From an uncultured delta proteobacterium (GTDB lineage: Bacteria > Myxococcota > UBA727 > VGSZ01): a stretch of 64,000 nucleotides of DNA. A model generated the notes under the pieces. It was not told the DNA's origin. It was given only the letters and a program-made list of their open reading frames with translations, and made no database searches. A program made the translations under genes and the position numbers. Of the stretch, positions 62,247-64,000 are shown one piece after another (the stretch's first letter is position 1; every line of letters starts with the position of its first letter). The stretch spans positions 192,001 through 256,000 of the forward strand of contig CAVZJB010000005.1 of assembly GCA_963775425.1 (NCBI GenBank), given 5' to 3'.

Positions 62247-64000
62247 CTACCGGACGACCCTCTGTGTCAGTTTCCACGAGCCGTTCTTCTGCTGTTTGTA
62301 GACGAGATCCACGCGCAGCTCTTTTGCCTCGGGGATGGTTACCACGACCTGGTCGTGGATGTGCTCCTCGGGGTTGTCGAGATAGAGCACCTGTCTGCCC
62401 GACGGCACCTGGATGGCCTTGGGCGTCGAGAAGGTCACGCCGGTGGCGCCGACCTTCACGTTGACCCACGGGTTCGAGCGCATCTTGAGCGTGCCCGGGC
62501 GTGACGGCTGCGACGACACCGGGGCGTGCCCGCAGGTGAGCTGTCCCTCGATGACGACCGGCGTGCCCGCGACGGGCTTCACCACGCGCTCGAGGGTGGT
62601 GCAGCGGTGCGCCTCCACGCGGATCTTCACCGCCTTGCCGGGGGCGAGCATCCCGCGTCGCTCGAACGGCGTGGCGCCCCTCTCGTCGTTTTCGACGATG
62701 ACGCGGGCGCCGTTGGGCGTGACCTTGACGACGAGCGGCACCTTGGCGCGCACGTGGACGTCGCGCACCTCTCCGGCGGCGACCTCGAGCTCCTCGGTGA
62801 TGGGCGGCTGGTCCTGGAAGAGCGCCTGCACCTTCACGTGCCCGGGTGCGTGCTCGAGCGTCCCGGGCGCGACGCCGACGCTGCGACCGTCGAGGAGGAT
62901 CTCGACGCCGGGCTCGCTGTCGATCACCAGCTTCGCGGGCTTGGGGGCCGCCGCCGGGGTCGGCTTGTCGTCGTGGGCCGCGTCGCCCGCCGCGTGGGAC
63001 CGGTCGTTGGCGCCGGCGTCCGCCGCCGCCGCCGCCGCGGGCGTCGGCGCCGCGTCCGCGGTGGCGTCTCCGGTGGCGGCCCCGGCGGCCGCGGCGGGGT
63101 CCGCGTCGGCCCCGTCGTCGGCGGCGGCACCGGCGTCGATCTCGGCGTCGGCGACCCCCTCGGCCGCGCCGCCGCTGTCGTGGAGGAGCACGGCGGCGAC
63201 GGTGACGACCACGAGCAGGCCGGCGACGCCGGCGGCCGCGGCGATCGGGAAGCGCCGCGGCGGGCTGTGGCTCGGGAGGGCGGCGCCCGACGACGCCGGC
63301 AGCCGCGCCGTCATCCCGTCGAGCTCCTCCTCGCCGCTCGGCTCCGCGCGCGGGGGCTCCGGCGCCGGCGAGCGCTGCGTGGGCTCCTCCGGCGCGTCGC
63401 CGCGCGTCGGCAGGGCCTCCTCGGCGCGCATCTGCGGGCGCACGTCGCGCCCGGCGGCGTCGACGACGTCGCTGCCGCGCTTGTCGCGCTCGGCGCGGGG
63501 CGGCGGCCGCTCGCGGTTCGTGATCTCCGGGCTCGACACCGCGTCGCGCGAGCCCGTCGACGTCCGCATCACCGTCTCGGCGGAGTTCAACGACGGCGTG
63601 GCGGCGGTGGCCTCGCCCGGCGACGTGGGGCGGACGTGCCGCTCGGTGGCGATGCTCGGCCGGGAGGGGTCGACCTCGCTGCCGACGGCGAGGTCGCCGG
63701 CGTTCTGCTCGAACCAGCGCTGCATGTGCGCGCGCGGATCGCCCGGCGCCTTGCTCGCGAGCCACGCGTCGATGGCCTCGGCGAGCTCGCTGGCGGAGGA
63801 GAAGCGCTCGTCGCGCGCGCGGGCGAGCGCGCGCAGACAGATGGCGTCGAGCTCCGCGTCGAGGTCGCGGTTCACCGCCGACGGCGGCTTCACGTCCTCG
63901 CCGGTGATCTTCTGCATGATGAGCAGGTCGCTCTTGTCGCGGAACAGCCGCCGGCGCGTCAGGAGCTCGTACAGGACGATGCCGAGGGCGAAGACGTCGG
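62247..64000 (-). CDS. Transmembrane Ser/Thr kinase with extracytoplasmic PEGA domains (5' part outside the window)
   Basis: Kinase subdomains IX-XI (DVFALGIVLYELLT, RAL..ARDERF), TM AGVAGLLVVVTVAAVLL, and PEGA repeats (IDSEPGVEILLDG, VTPNGARV, SNPWVNV). Confidence 0.9.
   Translation of the reverse strand, partial: DVFALGIVLYELLTRRRLFRDKSDLLIMQKITGEDVKPPSAVNRDLDAELDAICLRALARARDERFSSASELAEAIDAWLASKAPGDPRAHMQRWFEQNAGDLAVGSEVDPSRPSIATERHVRPTSPGEATAATPSLNSAETVMRTSTGSRDAVSSPEITNRERPPPRAERDKRGSDVVDAAGRDVRPQMRAEEALPTRGDAPEEPTQRSPAPEPPRAEPSGEEELDGMTARLPASSGAALPSHSPPRRFPIAAAAGVAGLLVVVTVAAVLLHDSGGAAEGVADAEIDAGAAADDGADADPAAAAGAATGDATADAAPTPAAAAAADAGANDRSHAAGDAAHDDKPTPAAAPKPAKLVIDSEPGVEILLDGRSVGVAPGTLEHAPGHVKVQALFQDQPPITEELEVAAGEVRDVHVRAKVPLVVKVTPNGARVIVENDERGATPFERRGMLAPGKAVKIRVEAHRCTTLERVVKPVAGTPVVIEGQLTCGHAPVSSQPSRPGTLKMRSNPWVNVKVGATGVTFSTPKAIQVPSGRQVLYLDNPEEHIHDQVVVTIPEAKELRVDLVYKQQKNGSWKLTQRVVR

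Overview
A very GC-rich bacterial chromosome segment, by eye about 70-75% GC. It is most likely Myxococcota, based on four eukaryote-like Ser/Thr kinases, MYXO-CTERM-tailed surface proteins, a TSP3-OmpA protein and poly-GE tracts. It holds about 50 CDS, one tRNA-Glu(CTC), REP-like elements and several coding VNTRs. I saw no integrase, transposase, phage genes or CRISPR array. Recognisable core genes are hpf (partial), rpoN, def, acyP, a thiolase/3-hydroxyacyl-CoA dehydrogenase pair and an ECF sigma/anti-sigma operon. The most interesting candidates are: (i) a translationally coupled cohesin-like lipoprotein and dockerin-tailed M1 aminopeptidase, possibly a cellulosome-type module that tethers a protease to the cell surface; (ii) a tightly coupled kinase, HEAT-repeat, degenerate HD-GYP, membrane protein and nucleotidyltransferase operon; (iii) a MarR-pentapeptide-repeat fusion heading a Lol-like ABC export operon; (iv) a di-haem DHOR protein paired with an unknown Trp-rich secreted protein; (v) a degenerate Lgt paralogue; (vi) a barrel-less PilQ N-domain protein behind a triple-ASD anti-sigma; (vii) an apparently leaderless rpoN whose promoter overlaps an opposite-strand sigma54 site. 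All product calls come from reading motifs by eye; no database searches were run.
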